From an uncultured Spirochaetota bacterium (GTDB lineage Bacteria; Spirochaetota; Spirochaetia; SZUA-6; Fen-1364): a stretch of 64,000 nt of DNA. This document shows positions 19,457 to 29,314 of the stretch, in pieces (the stretch's first letter is position 1; every line of letters begins with the position of its first letter). The translations under genes were made by a program, and so were the position numbers. The notes beneath the pieces are model-generated. The model searched no databases. It was not told the DNA's origin and saw only the letters and a list, made by a program, of their open reading frames with translations. The stretch spans positions 640,001 to 704,000 of the forward strand of contig CAWGAA010000002.1 of NCBI GenBank assembly GCA_963820525.1, given 5' to 3'.

Positions 19457-20392
19457 ATGGCCAAAGACACAATGAAGGCAATCCGTTTCCACGAGTATGG
19501 GGGGCCCGAGAAGCTCGTTCTTGATGATATCGAGCGCCCTCACCCGAAGACGAATGAAGTTCTGGTCAGGATGAAGTCCGCCGGAGTCAATCCGGCGGAC
19601 TGGAAGATTCGCGCGGGCTACATGAAGGCCTTCCGCCCTGTGGCGCTTCCCTGGATTCCGGGGCTCGACGGCGCGGGAGTCGTGGAGGAAGCGGGCCCCG
19701 ACGTGACGGCTTTCAAGCGCGGCCAGGGGGTTTTCGGCGTGATAACGGGGAGCTATGCCGAGTATGCCATCGCCCAGGCAAGCGACCTGGTTGAAAAGCC
19801 TCTCGATATCTCCTTCGACCAGGGGGCGGCAGTCCCCATTGGCGCGCTCACGGCCTGGAATGCAGTCGTGGAAGTGGCGAAGCCGCAGCCCGGCCAACGC
19901 GTGCTGGTCCTCGGAGCGGCGGGCGGCGTCGGGCTTTTCGCCGTCCAGCTTGCGCGCTGGCTTGGTGCGCATGTCATCGGCACTTCTTCCAAGGTGAACC
20001 TGGAGTTCATCCGTTCCCTGGGCGCCGAAACGGCGATCGACTACCAGGAGGCTCCCCTGGAAAAGCAGGCTCGGGAGATCGACGTGGTGATCGACACCGT
20101 CGGGGGAGAGAGCTTCGAGAGATCCTGGCTGACGCTGAAAAAGGGCGGGCTTGCGGTCACCGTCGTTGCCCAGATCCCGGAGGAGAAGGCGGGAGAGCTT
20201 GGCATTCGCGCCCAGAGGGCCGGAAGGGCATCGCCGGAGAACCTGGCGAAGATCGCCGAGCTCATTGGGACGAAGACCATCCGGCCCGTCGTAGGCCGCG
20301 TGCTCCGGGGCTTGGAGCAGGCCAGGAGCGCCCACGAGCTCAGCCAGTCCGGGCACGGCCGCGGGAGGATCGTTCTCCACATCGCCGATTAG
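19457..20392 (+). CDS. NADP-dependent quinone oxidoreductase-like MDR
   Basis: AGVNPADWK, PGLDGAG, GAAGGVG, GHGRGRIVL; lacks Zn ligands. Confidence 0.9.
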   Translation: MAKDTMKAIRFHEYGGPEKLVLDDIERPHPKTNEVLVRMKSAGVNPADWKIRAGYMKAFRPVALPWIPGLDGAGVVEEAGPDVTAFKRGQGVFGVITGSYAEYAIAQASDLVEKPLDISFDQGAAVPIGALTAWNAVVEVAKPQPGQRVLVLGAAGGVGLFAVQLARWLGAHVIGTSSKVNLEFIRSLGAETAIDYQEAPLEKQAREIDVVIDTVGGESFERSWLTLKKGGLAVTVVAQIPEEKAGELGIRAQRAGRASPENLAKIAELIGTKTIRPVVGRVLRGLEQARSAHELSQSGHGRGRIVLHIAD

Positions 20393-20447
20393 GGACGAGC
20401 CCCTTCTTCGGGAGGCGACGCGAGCGGACGCGTGAAACGCGCCCGGC

Positions 20448-21623
20448 CTACCCCTTGCCGTTGAGGAAGGTTTCAGTGAACTTCTCCAGGGAGAAGTGCC
20501 GCTCGAAAAGCTCCTCGATCTCCGCGATTTTCCCCGTGTCGTAGATCTGGAGCTTTGTGTTCTCGAAGATATCGAGGATCTTTTGCTCGGCCGATGCCGT
20601 GTCGTCCTTGACCAGGACGGTGGGAAGCCCCGCCTCCAGGATTTCTTTTCTCACCCCGGCGTCCACGACGTCGGTCTTGCCGCAGGTGAGCACGAGCCCC
20701 CCGATGGCGATCCGTTTCTCGGCCCTCACGTAGGCTTCAATGATCATCCTTGCCCGCCTGCGCGAGCTTGCAGCCAGGATCACCACGTCACCGGCGCGCA
20801 GGTAGTCCTCGATCTTGAAGGCGTGGGCGTCCATCGAGATTATCCGGGTCTGGCCGCAGGGTATCTCCCAGGCCGGGGAATCGGTTTTCTCCAGCGGCTC
20901 CGCCCCGCGGTACTTTTCCGCGATCGCACGCATGGAAGGCTTTCCCAGGTCTTCGATTTCCGGCAGGAACCCCAGGATCCGAAGCGGGCCGCCAAAAGCC
21001 CCATACTTGCTGTTGAGAAGGTCCTCCGTGACGAGATCTTCCATGCTCTTGATCTTGTCCGGGATGACCTTGTTGAAGATGATTCCCCGTACCCTGCTCT
21101 TCTTGAAGAGGAAGTAGGAGAGATCTACCTCCAGCATGTCCAGCGCCTTGCCGAGCCCTCCGCCCGAAAGGAAGATCACGCTCGCGTTCATCAGGTTGGC
21201 CACATCCGCGTTGGAAAGCCCCACGATGCCCCCGACTCCCGGGTGGCCGGTCCCCTCGGCGATGATCACCTCCTTGTTCGAGAGGCTTTCCAGGCAGGAG
21301 AGGATGTCGTCCTGCAGCTTGCGCGTTTCGCGCCTGTGGTCGTCGGATCTGAGGTATTCCTGGGTGAACCCGGAGCCGAGCTTCACGGGAGAGACGGCCC
21401 GGGGGTCGAGGTCGGGAATGCCGGAGAACTTCCTGAGGATGTTGGCGTCCTTGTCCACGAGGGTTCCGTCGGGCATCGTCACAAGCTCGTGGCCCACAGG
21501 TTTGATGTAACCGATGCGGGAGGGGTCGATGAGCTTTCGGAGGCGGGAGATGATGCCGAGGCTGGTCACCGTCTTCCCTGCGTGCTGGCGGAAGCCCGTG
21601 ATGTAGATGACGGTCGGTGCCAT
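20448..21623 (-). CDS. Standalone BioD-like P-loop (AAA_26) + DRTGG-like protein (Pta N-terminal-like)
   Basis: QHAGKT P-loop, GYIKPVG, EGTGHPGVG, SNADVA, GIIFNKV; no Pta catalytic domain. Confidence 0.8.
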   Translation of the reverse strand: MAPTVIYITGFRQHAGKTVTSLGIISRLRKLIDPSRIGYIKPVGHELVTMPDGTLVDKDANILRKFSGIPDLDPRAVSPVKLGSGFTQEYLRSDDHRRETRKLQDDILSCLESLSNKEVIIAEGTGHPGVGGIVGLSNADVANLMNASVIFLSGGGLGKALDMLEVDLSYFLFKKSRVRGIIFNKVIPDKIKSMEDLVTEDLLNSKYGAFGGPLRILGFLPEIEDLGKPSMRAIAEKYRGAEPLEKTDSPAWEIPCGQTRIISMDAHAFKIEDYLRAGDVVILAASSRRRARMIIEAYVRAEKRIAIGGLVLTCGKTDVVDAGVRKEILEAGLPTVLVKDDTASAEQKILDIFENTKLQIYDTGKIAEIEELFERHFSLEKFTETFLNGKG

Positions 21624-21624
21624 G

Positions 21625-23214
21625 CTATCTCCGCTTGGTCTCCTTGGGGTCGACCTTGTTGTTGAAGTAATACTCGCTCCCGTCGACCAGTGCCTGCCAG
21701 GAGGCCTCGATGATGTTCTCCGAAACCCCGACCGTGTCCCATGTCTCCTCGCCGTCCGAGGTCGTGATGAATACCCGTACCTTGGCCGCCGTGGCCTTTT
21801 CCGGGTTGAGAACGCGCACGCGGTAATCTGTGAGCTTGATCTTCTTGAGGAACGGGTGCAGCGGGAGCAGGGCGTCGCGCAGGGCCCCGTTGAGGGTGTC
21901 CACGGGACCGTCCCCGACGGCCGCGCCCATCAGAACGTCCCCGTTGACGCGGATGAAGATCCTCCCCACCGTCTTTGCCGGCGTGTCTCCGGACTTGTAG
22001 TTCTCCAGATGGTAGTTGCTGAGGTTCAAAAGCGGTTTGTACAGCCCCAGGGCTTTTCTGATGATTAAGTCGAAGGATGCCTCCGCCGCCTCGTACTCGT
22101 AGCCCTCGGCCTCCAGGCGCTTCAGCTCCGCCAGGAGCCGGGAGACGACCTCCGAGGACTTGTCGAAATCACCGTACTTGGAAAGCTTCTTCACGATCGT
22201 CGACTTTCCGGCGAGCTCCGAGAGCAGGATCTTGCGCTCGTTGCCCACGAGGGCGCCGTCGATGTGCTCCATGAGATGCGGCGCCTTGCTTATCACGTCG
22301 GCGTGCTGGCCAGCCTTGTGGGAGAAGGCGGCGTCGCCCACGTAGGGCTGACGCTTGTCCGGGATGATGTTCGCCTTCTCCGCAACGAAGCGGGAGAGGG
22401 AGGTGAGGTGCTTGAGGTTGGGCGCGGCGAAGATGGGGCGCTTCTGCTTGAGGCTGATGTTGGGGATGAGAACGCAGAGGTTGGCATTTCCGCAGCGCTC
22501 TCCCCAGCCATTGACGGTGCCCTGGACGTGAATGGCGCCGCAGTCGATTGCGGTGAGCGAATTGGCCACGGCGGTGCCGCAGTCGTTGTGGAAGTGGACT
22601 CCCAGGGGCCCCAGCTTCTGGCGCGGAAGCTCTCCGATGATCCGCGACACCTCAGAGGGGAGGGTTCCGCCGTTGGTGTCGCACAGAACGAGGCAGTCGG
22701 CGCCCGCTTCGGTGCCTACCTGGAGCACCTTCCTCGCGTACGCGGGATCTTCCCTGTAGCCGTCGAAGAAGTGCTCCAGGTCGAAGATCACCTCGCGTCC
22801 CGCTTTTTTCAGGGCGGTGATGCTGTCGAAGATCATGGTGAGGTTCTCGTCCGGCGTCGTCGCAAGGACATCCCGCACGTGGGCGGTCCACGACTTGCCC
22901 ACAACGGCCACGGCGGGCGTTTCGGCTTCAAGAAGCGCCAGCACCTGGGGATCGTTGGCAGCCGTGCCGCCGGGCCTGCGGGTGGATCCGAAGGCGGCGA
23001 TCCGCGCATGGCGCAGGCTCTCCTTGCGCAGCCTCTGGAAGAACTCGGCCTCCTTCCTGTTGGACAGGGGGAACCCCCCCTCGATGTAGTCGATGCCGAA
23101 CTCATCCATCGTCAAGGCGATCTGGATCTTGTCGTCCAGAGTGTAGTTGATGTCCTGGCCCTGCATCCCGTCCCGGAGTGTCGTGTCGTAGATGATGATC
23201 CGCTCGCCGCTCAT
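21625..23214 (-). CDS. cimA: Citramalate synthase
   Basis: DTTLRDGMQG, YIEGGFP, DLEHFFDGY, LCDTNGG, HFHND, AFSHKAGQH, WDTVGVSENIIEASW; ATGA overlap with leuD. Confidence 0.92.
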   Translation of the reverse strand: MSGERIIIYDTTLRDGMQGQDINYTLDDKIQIALTMDEFGIDYIEGGFPLSNRKEAEFFQRLRKESLRHARIAAFGSTRRPGGTAANDPQVLALLEAETPAVAVVGKSWTAHVRDVLATTPDENLTMIFDSITALKKAGREVIFDLEHFFDGYREDPAYARKVLQVGTEAGADCLVLCDTNGGTLPSEVSRIIGELPRQKLGPLGVHFHNDCGTAVANSLTAIDCGAIHVQGTVNGWGERCGNANLCVLIPNISLKQKRPIFAAPNLKHLTSLSRFVAEKANIIPDKRQPYVGDAAFSHKAGQHADVISKAPHLMEHIDGALVGNERKILLSELAGKSTIVKKLSKYGDFDKSSEVVSRLLAELKRLEAEGYEYEAAEASFDLIIRKALGLYKPLLNLSNYHLENYKSGDTPAKTVGRIFIRVNGDVLMGAAVGDGPVDTLNGALRDALLPLHPFLKKIKLTDYRVRVLNPEKATAAKVRVFITTSDGEETWDTVGVSENIIEASWQALVDGSEYYFNNKVDPKETKRR

Positions 23215-23810
23215 GGCATGCCCACCCTTCGGCCCGCGGCGGATGTTGAGCTGGCCGTGCCCCCGGTGGATGCATCGGCGCCCGCGGGGGATGCGGGCGT
23301 GCTCGCGGATGGAGTGCCGGCAAAGCCGTATTTGGCCTTCAGGTAAGGTATCCATCCGCCATTGCGCACGATCTCCTCCATGAAGGCGGGAAACGGCGTC
23401 ACCTCGAGCTTCTCGCCTGAAGCGAGTGTGATGAAGCCTTCTTTTAGATTCACGTCGATGCGCTCTCCTTCCTTCACTTTCGAAGATATTCCCCGGCATT
23501 CCACGATGGGAAGCCCGATGTTGATGGCATTGCGGAAGAAGATGCGGGCAAAACTTTCCGCGATCACGCAGGAAATGCCCGCAGCCTTTATGGCGATGGG
23601 AGCGTGCTCCCGCGAGGAGCCGCAGCCGAAGTTCCTGCCCGCCGCCATGATGCCGCCCTTCTGGACGTTCTTGCCGAAGCCCGCCCGCACGTCCTCCATG
23701 AGGTTGGCGGCAAGCACCGCCGGGTCCGTGGTGTTGAGGTAGCGCGCGGCGATGATCTCGTCCGTGTTCACGTCGTTTCCAAAGAGATATACCGTTCCTT
23801 CGTATCGCAT
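23211..23810 (-). CDS. leuD: 3-isopropylmalate dehydratase small subunit
   Basis: DVNTDEII, NFGCGSSREHA, SFARIFFRNAINIG; low-complexity C-terminal tail. Confidence 0.95.
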   Translation of the reverse strand: MRYEGTVYLFGNDVNTDEIIAARYLNTTDPAVLAANLMEDVRAGFGKNVQKGGIMAAGRNFGCGSSREHAPIAIKAAGISCVIAESFARIFFRNAINIGLPIVECRGISSKVKEGERIDVNLKEGFITLASGEKLEVTPFPAFMEEIVRNGGWIPYLKAKYGFAGTPSASTPASPAGADASTGGTASSTSAAGRRVGMP

Positions 23811-23814
23811 CCCT

Positions 23815-25101
23815 CTAGCTTCCTTTCCTGCCGGTGGATCCCGCGATTTCCTGCGGGCCGGCGATTCTTCCCATCACGGCGCTCGCCGCGGCCGTGGCGG
23901 GGGAGGCGAGGAAGACCTCGCTCGACTTGTGGCCCATGCGGCCCACGAAATTCCTGTTGGTCGTGGAGACGCAGCGCTCCCCGGAGGCGAGGATCCCCAT
24001 GTGCCCCCCCAGGCAGGGCCCGCACGTGGGCGGGGAGATGACGGCGCCCGCGTCGAGGAAGACTTCGAAGAGGCCCTCGTCCAGTGCCTGGCGGTAGACG
24101 CCGACCGTCGCCGGAATCACCAGGCAGCGCACTCCCTTGGCAACCTTTCTGCCCTTGAGGATCTTTGCCGCAAGCCTCAGGTCCTCGATCCTTCCGTTGG
24201 TGCAGCTTCCGATGACAACCTGGTCTATGCACACCTCGGGAGTCGAGGATGCGGGGCGGACCTTCTCCGGAAGGTGGGGGTGCGCCACCACGGGGGTGAG
24301 GCCCGTCACGTCGATCTCCACGGTCCGCTCGTAGACCGCGTCGGCATCCGGGGCCACGTGCTCCCAGCGCCGATCCGTTCTGCCCTTGAGGAACTTCGCC
24401 ACCTTCGCGTCCGAGGCGAAGATGCCGTTCTTCGCCCCCGCCTCGATTGCCATGTTCGCCATGGTGAGGCGTCCTTCAACGGAAAGCGCTTCGATGGCCG
24501 GCCCGGCGAACTCCAGGGCGCGATAGGTGGCCCCGGAGACCGAGATCCTTCCGATGAGCTCGAGAATAAGGTCCTTGCCCGTGACCCAGGGGCCGAGCTT
24601 GCCCGTGAAAACGACTCGGATTGTAGGCGGGACGCGCAGCCACGCCTTTCCCGTGAGGAGGAATCCGGCGAGGTCTGTGGAGCCGACACCCGTCGAGAAG
24701 GCGCCCAAGGCGCCGTAGGTGCAGGTGTGAGAGTCCGCCCCGATGACGAGCATCCCCGGAACGACTGCTCCGATCTCGGGAAGGAGGGCGTGCTCAACCC
24801 CGACCTCTCCCTGCTCGAAGAAATGGACCCCCGCGTGAGCGCGGCTGAAGTCCCGCAGGACCTTGGCCTGCTGGGCGGACAGGATGTCCTTGTTCGGCGT
24901 GAAATGGTCCGCCACGAGGAAGACCCGCTCGGGGAAGCGGACCTTGGAGGCGCCTGCCCTGGTGAACTCCTCGATCGCGAAGGGCGCCGTGATGTCGTTC
25001 GCCAGCCCCAGGTCCGGCTCGATTTCAAGAAACTCTCCGGCCCTCACCCGGTCCCTGCCGGCTTTTACCGCGAGGATCTTCTCAGTGAGCGTCATCCCCA
25101 T
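23815..25101 (-). CDS. leuC: 3-isopropylmalate dehydratase large subunit
   Basis: GADSHTCTYGA, IGSCTNGR, CGPCLG, STTNRNF. Confidence 0.95.
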   Translation of the reverse strand: MGMTLTEKILAVKAGRDRVRAGEFLEIEPDLGLANDITAPFAIEEFTRAGASKVRFPERVFLVADHFTPNKDILSAQQAKVLRDFSRAHAGVHFFEQGEVGVEHALLPEIGAVVPGMLVIGADSHTCTYGALGAFSTGVGSTDLAGFLLTGKAWLRVPPTIRVVFTGKLGPWVTGKDLILELIGRISVSGATYRALEFAGPAIEALSVEGRLTMANMAIEAGAKNGIFASDAKVAKFLKGRTDRRWEHVAPDADAVYERTVEIDVTGLTPVVAHPHLPEKVRPASSTPEVCIDQVVIGSCTNGRIEDLRLAAKILKGRKVAKGVRCLVIPATVGVYRQALDEGLFEVFLDAGAVISPPTCGPCLGGHMGILASGERCVSTTNRNFVGRMGHKSSEVFLASPATAAASAVMGRIAGPQEIAGSTGRKGS

Positions 25102-26686
25102 TACCGCTTCCTCCCTTTCGTGCCGACTGGTATGCCTTCCAGCGGTTGATTGCGTTTACGTATGCCTGCGCGCTCGCCTCCAGGATGTCGGTCGAGGCGC
25201 CGCGGCCGACGAACTTTCTGCCCTCGATTTCCACTGATATGCTGACCTCGCCCAGGGCCTGCTTGCCCGGGGTGACGGCCTGCACCACGTATTCCAGGAG
25301 ATTCGTCGACAGGCCGATGGCGCGGTCGATGGCGTTGAAGATCGCGTCCACCGGACCGTCTCCCGTGGCGGCCTCTTCGAAAGTCTGCGCCTCCTCGCCG
25401 CCGGCGCCTGAGCCGGCAGCAGCCTTGCCGCTCTTTGTCGATGCCTCTCCGCTTCGAATCCTTACCGTGGCGGTCGGGACCGCCATATTGCCGGACTGGA
25501 TGTTGAAGTAGTCCAGCGTGTACGTTTCCGTGTCGTGGCCGAGCTGGTCCGAGATTATGACGTACAGATCGTCGTCGAACACCTCCTTTTTCCTGTCCGC
25601 GATCTCCAGGAAACGATCGTATGCCTTCTTGAGGTCGGCATCGGACAGCGAGAACCCCAGCTCCCCCAGCCGGGTCTTGAAGCCGTGCAGCCCCGAGTGG
25701 CGGCCGAGGACGAGCTTGCTGGAATCCCGTCCCACGGACTCGGGGGTCATGATCTCGTAGGTCTCTCTCTTCTTGATCATGCCGTCCTGGTGGATGCCCG
25801 ATTCGTGGGCAAAGGCGTTCTCTCCAACGACAGGCTTGTTGCGCGGTAGGGCGAACCCGATGGTGTTGGAGAGCAGGCGGGAGGTGCGGTAGATCTGGCG
25901 GGTCTGGATTCCCGTGGTGAAAGGCAGGAAGTCGCGGCGAACCGAGAGGGCCATGACGAACTCCTCGAGGGAGGCGTTGCCCGCCCGCTCGCCGATGCCG
26001 TTCACGGTGACCTCCACCTGCCGGGCGCCCGCCTGGAGCGCAGCGATCGAGTTGGCCACGGCCATTCCCAGGTCGTTGTGGCAGTGAACCGAGAGCACCG
26101 CCTTGTCCATGTTGGGCGTTCCCTCGCGGATGGCCTTGAGGAACTCCGTGAACTCCGCGGGAACGGCGTAGCCCACCGTGTCGGGGATGTTGATGACGCT
26201 GGCACCCGCGTCGATCACCCGCTCGATGATCCGGCAGAGGAAAGGGATCTCGCTTCGCGTGCCGTCCTCAGGGGAGAACTCCACCTCCGCCACTTTGCCT
26301 CGCGCGTACTTCACGGCGTGAACGGCCATTTCCACAACCTCGTCGGGTGTTTTCTTCAGCTTGTGCTCCATGTGAATTGGGGAGGTGGCGAGGAAAGTAT
26401 GGATGCGGGGCCGCTCGGAGCCTTTGAGCGACTCAGCGGCGCTGTCGATGTCCTTTTCAACCGCCCTCGCCAGGGCCGCGATCGTGGGGCCTTTCACCTC
26501 CTTGGCGATGAGCTTGCACCCCTCGAACTGCTGGGGCGATGAAATGGGAAAGCCCGCCTCGATCACGTCGACCCCGAGCCGGGCGAGCTGAACGGCGATC
26601 TCGTATTTCTGCTCCACGCTCATTGAGGCGCCGGGAGACTGCTCGCCATCCCTCAGTGTCGTATCGAAGATCCATACCCGCTGCAT
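25082..26686 (-). CDS. leuA: 2-isopropylmalate synthase
   Basis: [35 protein letters not shown], regulatory-domain GDGPVDA; ATG 26686 after aaaggag. Confidence 0.96.
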   Translation of the reverse strand: MQRVWIFDTTLRDGEQSPGASMSVEQKYEIAVQLARLGVDVIEAGFPISSPQQFEGCKLIAKEVKGPTIAALARAVEKDIDSAAESLKGSERPRIHTFLATSPIHMEHKLKKTPDEVVEMAVHAVKYARGKVAEVEFSPEDGTRSEIPFLCRIIERVIDAGASVINIPDTVGYAVPAEFTEFLKAIREGTPNMDKAVLSVHCHNDLGMAVANSIAALQAGARQVEVTVNGIGERAGNASLEEFVMALSVRRDFLPFTTGIQTRQIYRTSRLLSNTIGFALPRNKPVVGENAFAHESGIHQDGMIKKRETYEIMTPESVGRDSSKLVLGRHSGLHGFKTRLGELGFSLSDADLKKAYDRFLEIADRKKEVFDDDLYVIISDQLGHDTETYTLDYFNIQSGNMAVPTATVRIRSGEASTKSGKAAAGSGAGGEEAQTFEEAATGDGPVDAIFNAIDRAIGLSTNLLEYVVQAVTPGKQALGEVSISVEIEGRKFVGRGASTDILEASAQAYVNAINRWKAYQSARKGGSGNGDDAH

Positions 26687-26715
26687 GTCGTTCTCCTTTC
26701 TCCTGTCCATTTTTC

Positions 26716-27264
26716 TCATTTTCCGCCCGCTGAGTTGCCGTTCGAGCGGGCCGGCTGCGCGCCCTGCCCGCCGGAGGCCTTGGGGCTCTTTTTCCCCCGC
26801 TCGACGCAGACCAGGCCGCTCCTGGCCGTCTCCACCACGCCGTAGGGTGAAACCAGGTCGATGAAGTCGTCGATCTTTTCGGGAGACCCGGTGATCTCCA
26901 GCGTCATCGTGTCGTGGCCCACGTCCATCACCTCGGCTTTGAAGACCTCGGCCACCTCGAAGATCTCGCCCCTGCTTCGCGTCTTGGTGCTCACCTTCAC
27001 GAGGGCAAGCTCCCGATTGAGGGCGGGAACCCCGGTGAGGTCGTAGACCTTGATGACGTCGATGAGGCGGTTGAGCTGCTTCTTGATCTGCTCCACCACC
27101 GAATCGTCCCCTCCGCACACCAGGGTGAGGCGCGACACGCCGGGGTCCGGCGTCACGCCGACCGTGATGCTCTCGAGGTTGTACCCCCTCCCCGAGAAAA
27201 GGCCTGCGATCCGCGCGAGCACCCCCTGATGATTTTCAACAAGCATCGAAAGTATATGCTTCAT
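26716..27264 (-). CDS. ilvN: Acetolactate synthase small (regulatory) subunit
   Basis: ACT domain VENHQGVLARIAGLFSGRGYNLESI, KQLNRLIDV, RELALVKV. Confidence 0.95.
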   Translation of the reverse strand: MKHILSMLVENHQGVLARIAGLFSGRGYNLESITVGVTPDPGVSRLTLVCGGDDSVVEQIKKQLNRLIDVIKVYDLTGVPALNRELALVKVSTKTRSRGEIFEVAEVFKAEVMDVGHDTMTLEITGSPEKIDDFIDLVSPYGVVETARSGLVCVERGKKSPKASGGQGAQPARSNGNSAGGK

Positions 27265-27285
27265 GCCGCTTGCCTCCTTCCCGTT

Positions 27286-29010
27286 TCAGGCGTTCATCAT
27301 CTCGTCGTTTCCGGCGCCGGCCGGAACCATGGGCCACACGTTGGCCTCCCGCTCCACGATGAAGTCGATGAAGATGGGCCGATCCGTGACGCGCTTCGCC
27401 TCCGCGAGGGCCGCGTCGATTTCAGACTCTTTGCGAACCCGGATGCCCACGGCGTCGTAGGCCTGGGCCAGCTTGACGAAGTCCGGCACGTAGGGCGGGC
27501 ACTTCTCTCCCGGCCTCGAGCACAGGCGCGGGCAGCTGCCGTTCCGCATGAGGCAGGTGGAGGAATAATGGCGGTCGTAGAAGACCTCCTGCCACTGGCG
27601 GACCATGCCGAGGAAGCCGTTGTTGAGGATGGCGACGATCACGGGAAGTCCTTCCGAGACCGCCGTGGCCAGCTCCTGGATGTTCATCTGGATTGAGCCG
27701 TCGCCGGCGATGTCGATCACGCGCCTGCCTGGGTTTCCTATCTGAGCGCCGATGGCGGCGGGAAACCCGTAGCCCATGGTGCCCAGGCCGCCCGAGGTGA
27801 GGAAGGTGCGCGGCTCGCGGAACTGGTAGTAGAGGGCCGTCCACATCTGATTCTGGCCCACCTCTGTCGTGATGATGGCATCGGGGAACGCCTGGTTGAG
27901 CTTTTTGATCACGACCGAGGGGGAGAGACAGCTGTTGGCGGCGATCTCGGTCAGGGGCCGCGACTTTTTCCACTCCTCGGTCTGACGGATCCACTCGTCG
28001 ATGGGGGAGCGCTGGAGGTGAGGGTAGAGCTCTTCCAGGATGAGCCGCGCGTCCCCGACGATCGGCACCTCGACGGCGACGTTTCGGGAGATGGAGGCGG
28101 GATCGATGTCGATGTGCACGACCGTAGCGTTGGGGGCGAACTTCTGGAGGTTCCCCGTGGCGCGGTCGTCGAATCGCGTTCCGATCGCGAACAGCAGGTC
28201 TGAGTTCTGCACGGCCGTGTTCGCCGCGAATGTGCCGTGCATCCCCAGCATTCCCAGGTTTCGGGGATGGTCGCTGGGGATGACGCTGATGCCCAGGAGG
28301 GAGGAGATGACGGGCACGTCCACCTTGTCTACGATCTTTCTGAAGATCTCCGCTCCGTTGGAGATGACCAGGCCGCCTCCGATGTAGAACAGGGGCTTCT
28401 TGGCCTTGGCCAGCACGTGGGCCGCTTTCTTGATCTGCATGGGATGGCCCTTGGTGACGGGGTTGTAGCCACGGATCGAGACGCTCTCGGGCAGGGGCTC
28501 GGAGGATTGCTCCTGGAGGATGTCCTTGGGAAGGTCCACCAGCACGGGACCGGGCCGGCCGCTTCCGGCGATGTAGAACGCCTCGCGGAGTATCCTGCCG
28601 AGATCCTTCCTGTCCGTGACGAGGTAGTTGTGCTTCGTCACCGAGCGGGAAATGCCCACGATATCGGCTTCCTGGAAGGCGTCGTTTCCGATCATATTTC
28701 TGGTGACCTGGCCGGTGAGCACCACGAGGGGTACGGAGTCGAAGTTCGCCGTGGCGAGGCCTGTCACGGTGTTCGTCGCTCCCGGGCCGCTCGTCACGAG
28801 GCACACCCCCGTCCTGCCCGTCGAACGGGCAAACCCGTCGGCGGCGTGTACGGCGCCCTGCTCGTGGCGGGTGAGCACCACGCGGATCGATTTCTCCGCG
28901 TACAGGGCGTCGAACAGGGGAAGGACGACCCCGCCGGGAAAGCCGAAGAGTATGTCCACTTTTTCGGCCTTCAAAGCTTCAACCACCATCTCGGCTCCGG
29001 TGCACTTCAT
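27286..29010 (-). CDS. ilvB: Acetolactate synthase large subunit
   Basis: FGFPGG, RHEQGA, TSGPGATN, RFDDR, GGLGTMGYG, TPP motif GDGS...NN. Confidence 0.97.
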   Translation of the reverse strand: MKCTGAEMVVEALKAEKVDILFGFPGGVVLPLFDALYAEKSIRVVLTRHEQGAVHAADGFARSTGRTGVCLVTSGPGATNTVTGLATANFDSVPLVVLTGQVTRNMIGNDAFQEADIVGISRSVTKHNYLVTDRKDLGRILREAFYIAGSGRPGPVLVDLPKDILQEQSSEPLPESVSIRGYNPVTKGHPMQIKKAAHVLAKAKKPLFYIGGGLVISNGAEIFRKIVDKVDVPVISSLLGISVIPSDHPRNLGMLGMHGTFAANTAVQNSDLLFAIGTRFDDRATGNLQKFAPNATVVHIDIDPASISRNVAVEVPIVGDARLILEELYPHLQRSPIDEWIRQTEEWKKSRPLTEIAANSCLSPSVVIKKLNQAFPDAIITTEVGQNQMWTALYYQFREPRTFLTSGGLGTMGYGFPAAIGAQIGNPGRRVIDIAGDGSIQMNIQELATAVSEGLPVIVAILNNGFLGMVRQWQEVFYDRHYSSTCLMRNGSCPRLCSRPGEKCPPYVPDFVKLAQAYDAVGIRVRKESEIDAALAEAKRVTDRPIFIDFIVEREANVWPMVPAGAGNDEMMNA

Positions 29011-29034
29011 GTAGCCTCCTCTCGATCGAAGCGG

Positions 29035-29071
29035 AAAATAAAAAGGCCGTTCCCCGGAAGGAGAACGGCCT
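29035..29071 (-). terminator. Intrinsic terminator (attenuator) upstream of ilvB
   Basis: Minus strand aggccguucucc-uucc-ggggaacggccu followed by uuuuauuuu. Confidence 0.88.
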
Positions 29072-29098
29072 GCTCAACCACCTTGTGGTTACAGCCCT

Positions 29099-29185
29099 CT
29101 ACCCCTCCGGGTGCCCGGGACGCTTGGTAAGGAGTACAATAATAAGGAGGCCAAGGACAGGAAGACGGCTGCTTGCGAATTCCAT
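29099..29185 (-). CDS. ilv/leu operon leader peptide (28 aa, MEFASSRLPVLGLLIIVLLTKRPGHPEG)
   Basis: 10 of codons 8-19 are Leu/Ile/Val; stop codon lies just upstream of the terminator hairpin before ilvB; absent from the ORF track. Confidence 0.85.
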   Translation of the reverse strand: MEFASSRLPVLGLLIIVLLTKRPGHPEG

Positions 29186-29195
29186 GGTGTGCGAA

Positions 29196-29224
29196 TACAT
29201 ACGCTATCCGAGCGTTTTTGTCAA
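29196..29224 (-). promoter_or_regulatory. Probable promoter of the ilv-leu operon
   Basis: TTGACA-17 nt-TATGTA with an AT-rich upstream tract. Confidence 0.55.
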
Positions 29225-29314
29225 GTATGTTTTTATTTTTTTCTTGGGATGGCGCAGGGCGGCGGGGCGAGCCGCGGCTCGCGAGAGGCGGGCTCGGCCC
29301 AACGGGCGCCGGCT

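Noticed and set aside
25082..27118. 678-aa extended LeuA, and similarly extended CimA (624 aa) and MCP (821 aa) ORFs
   Set aside because: The N-terminal extensions overlap neighbouring genes in other frames or strands; the internal starts at 26686, 23214 and 32912 have RBSs or coupled stops and, for LeuA and CimA, match family N-termini.
29035..29230. T-box riboswitch upstream of ilvB
   Set aside because: No T-box consensus (AAGGTGGTACCGCG-like) in a proper antiterminator context and no long stem I; the leader-peptide model explains the region better.
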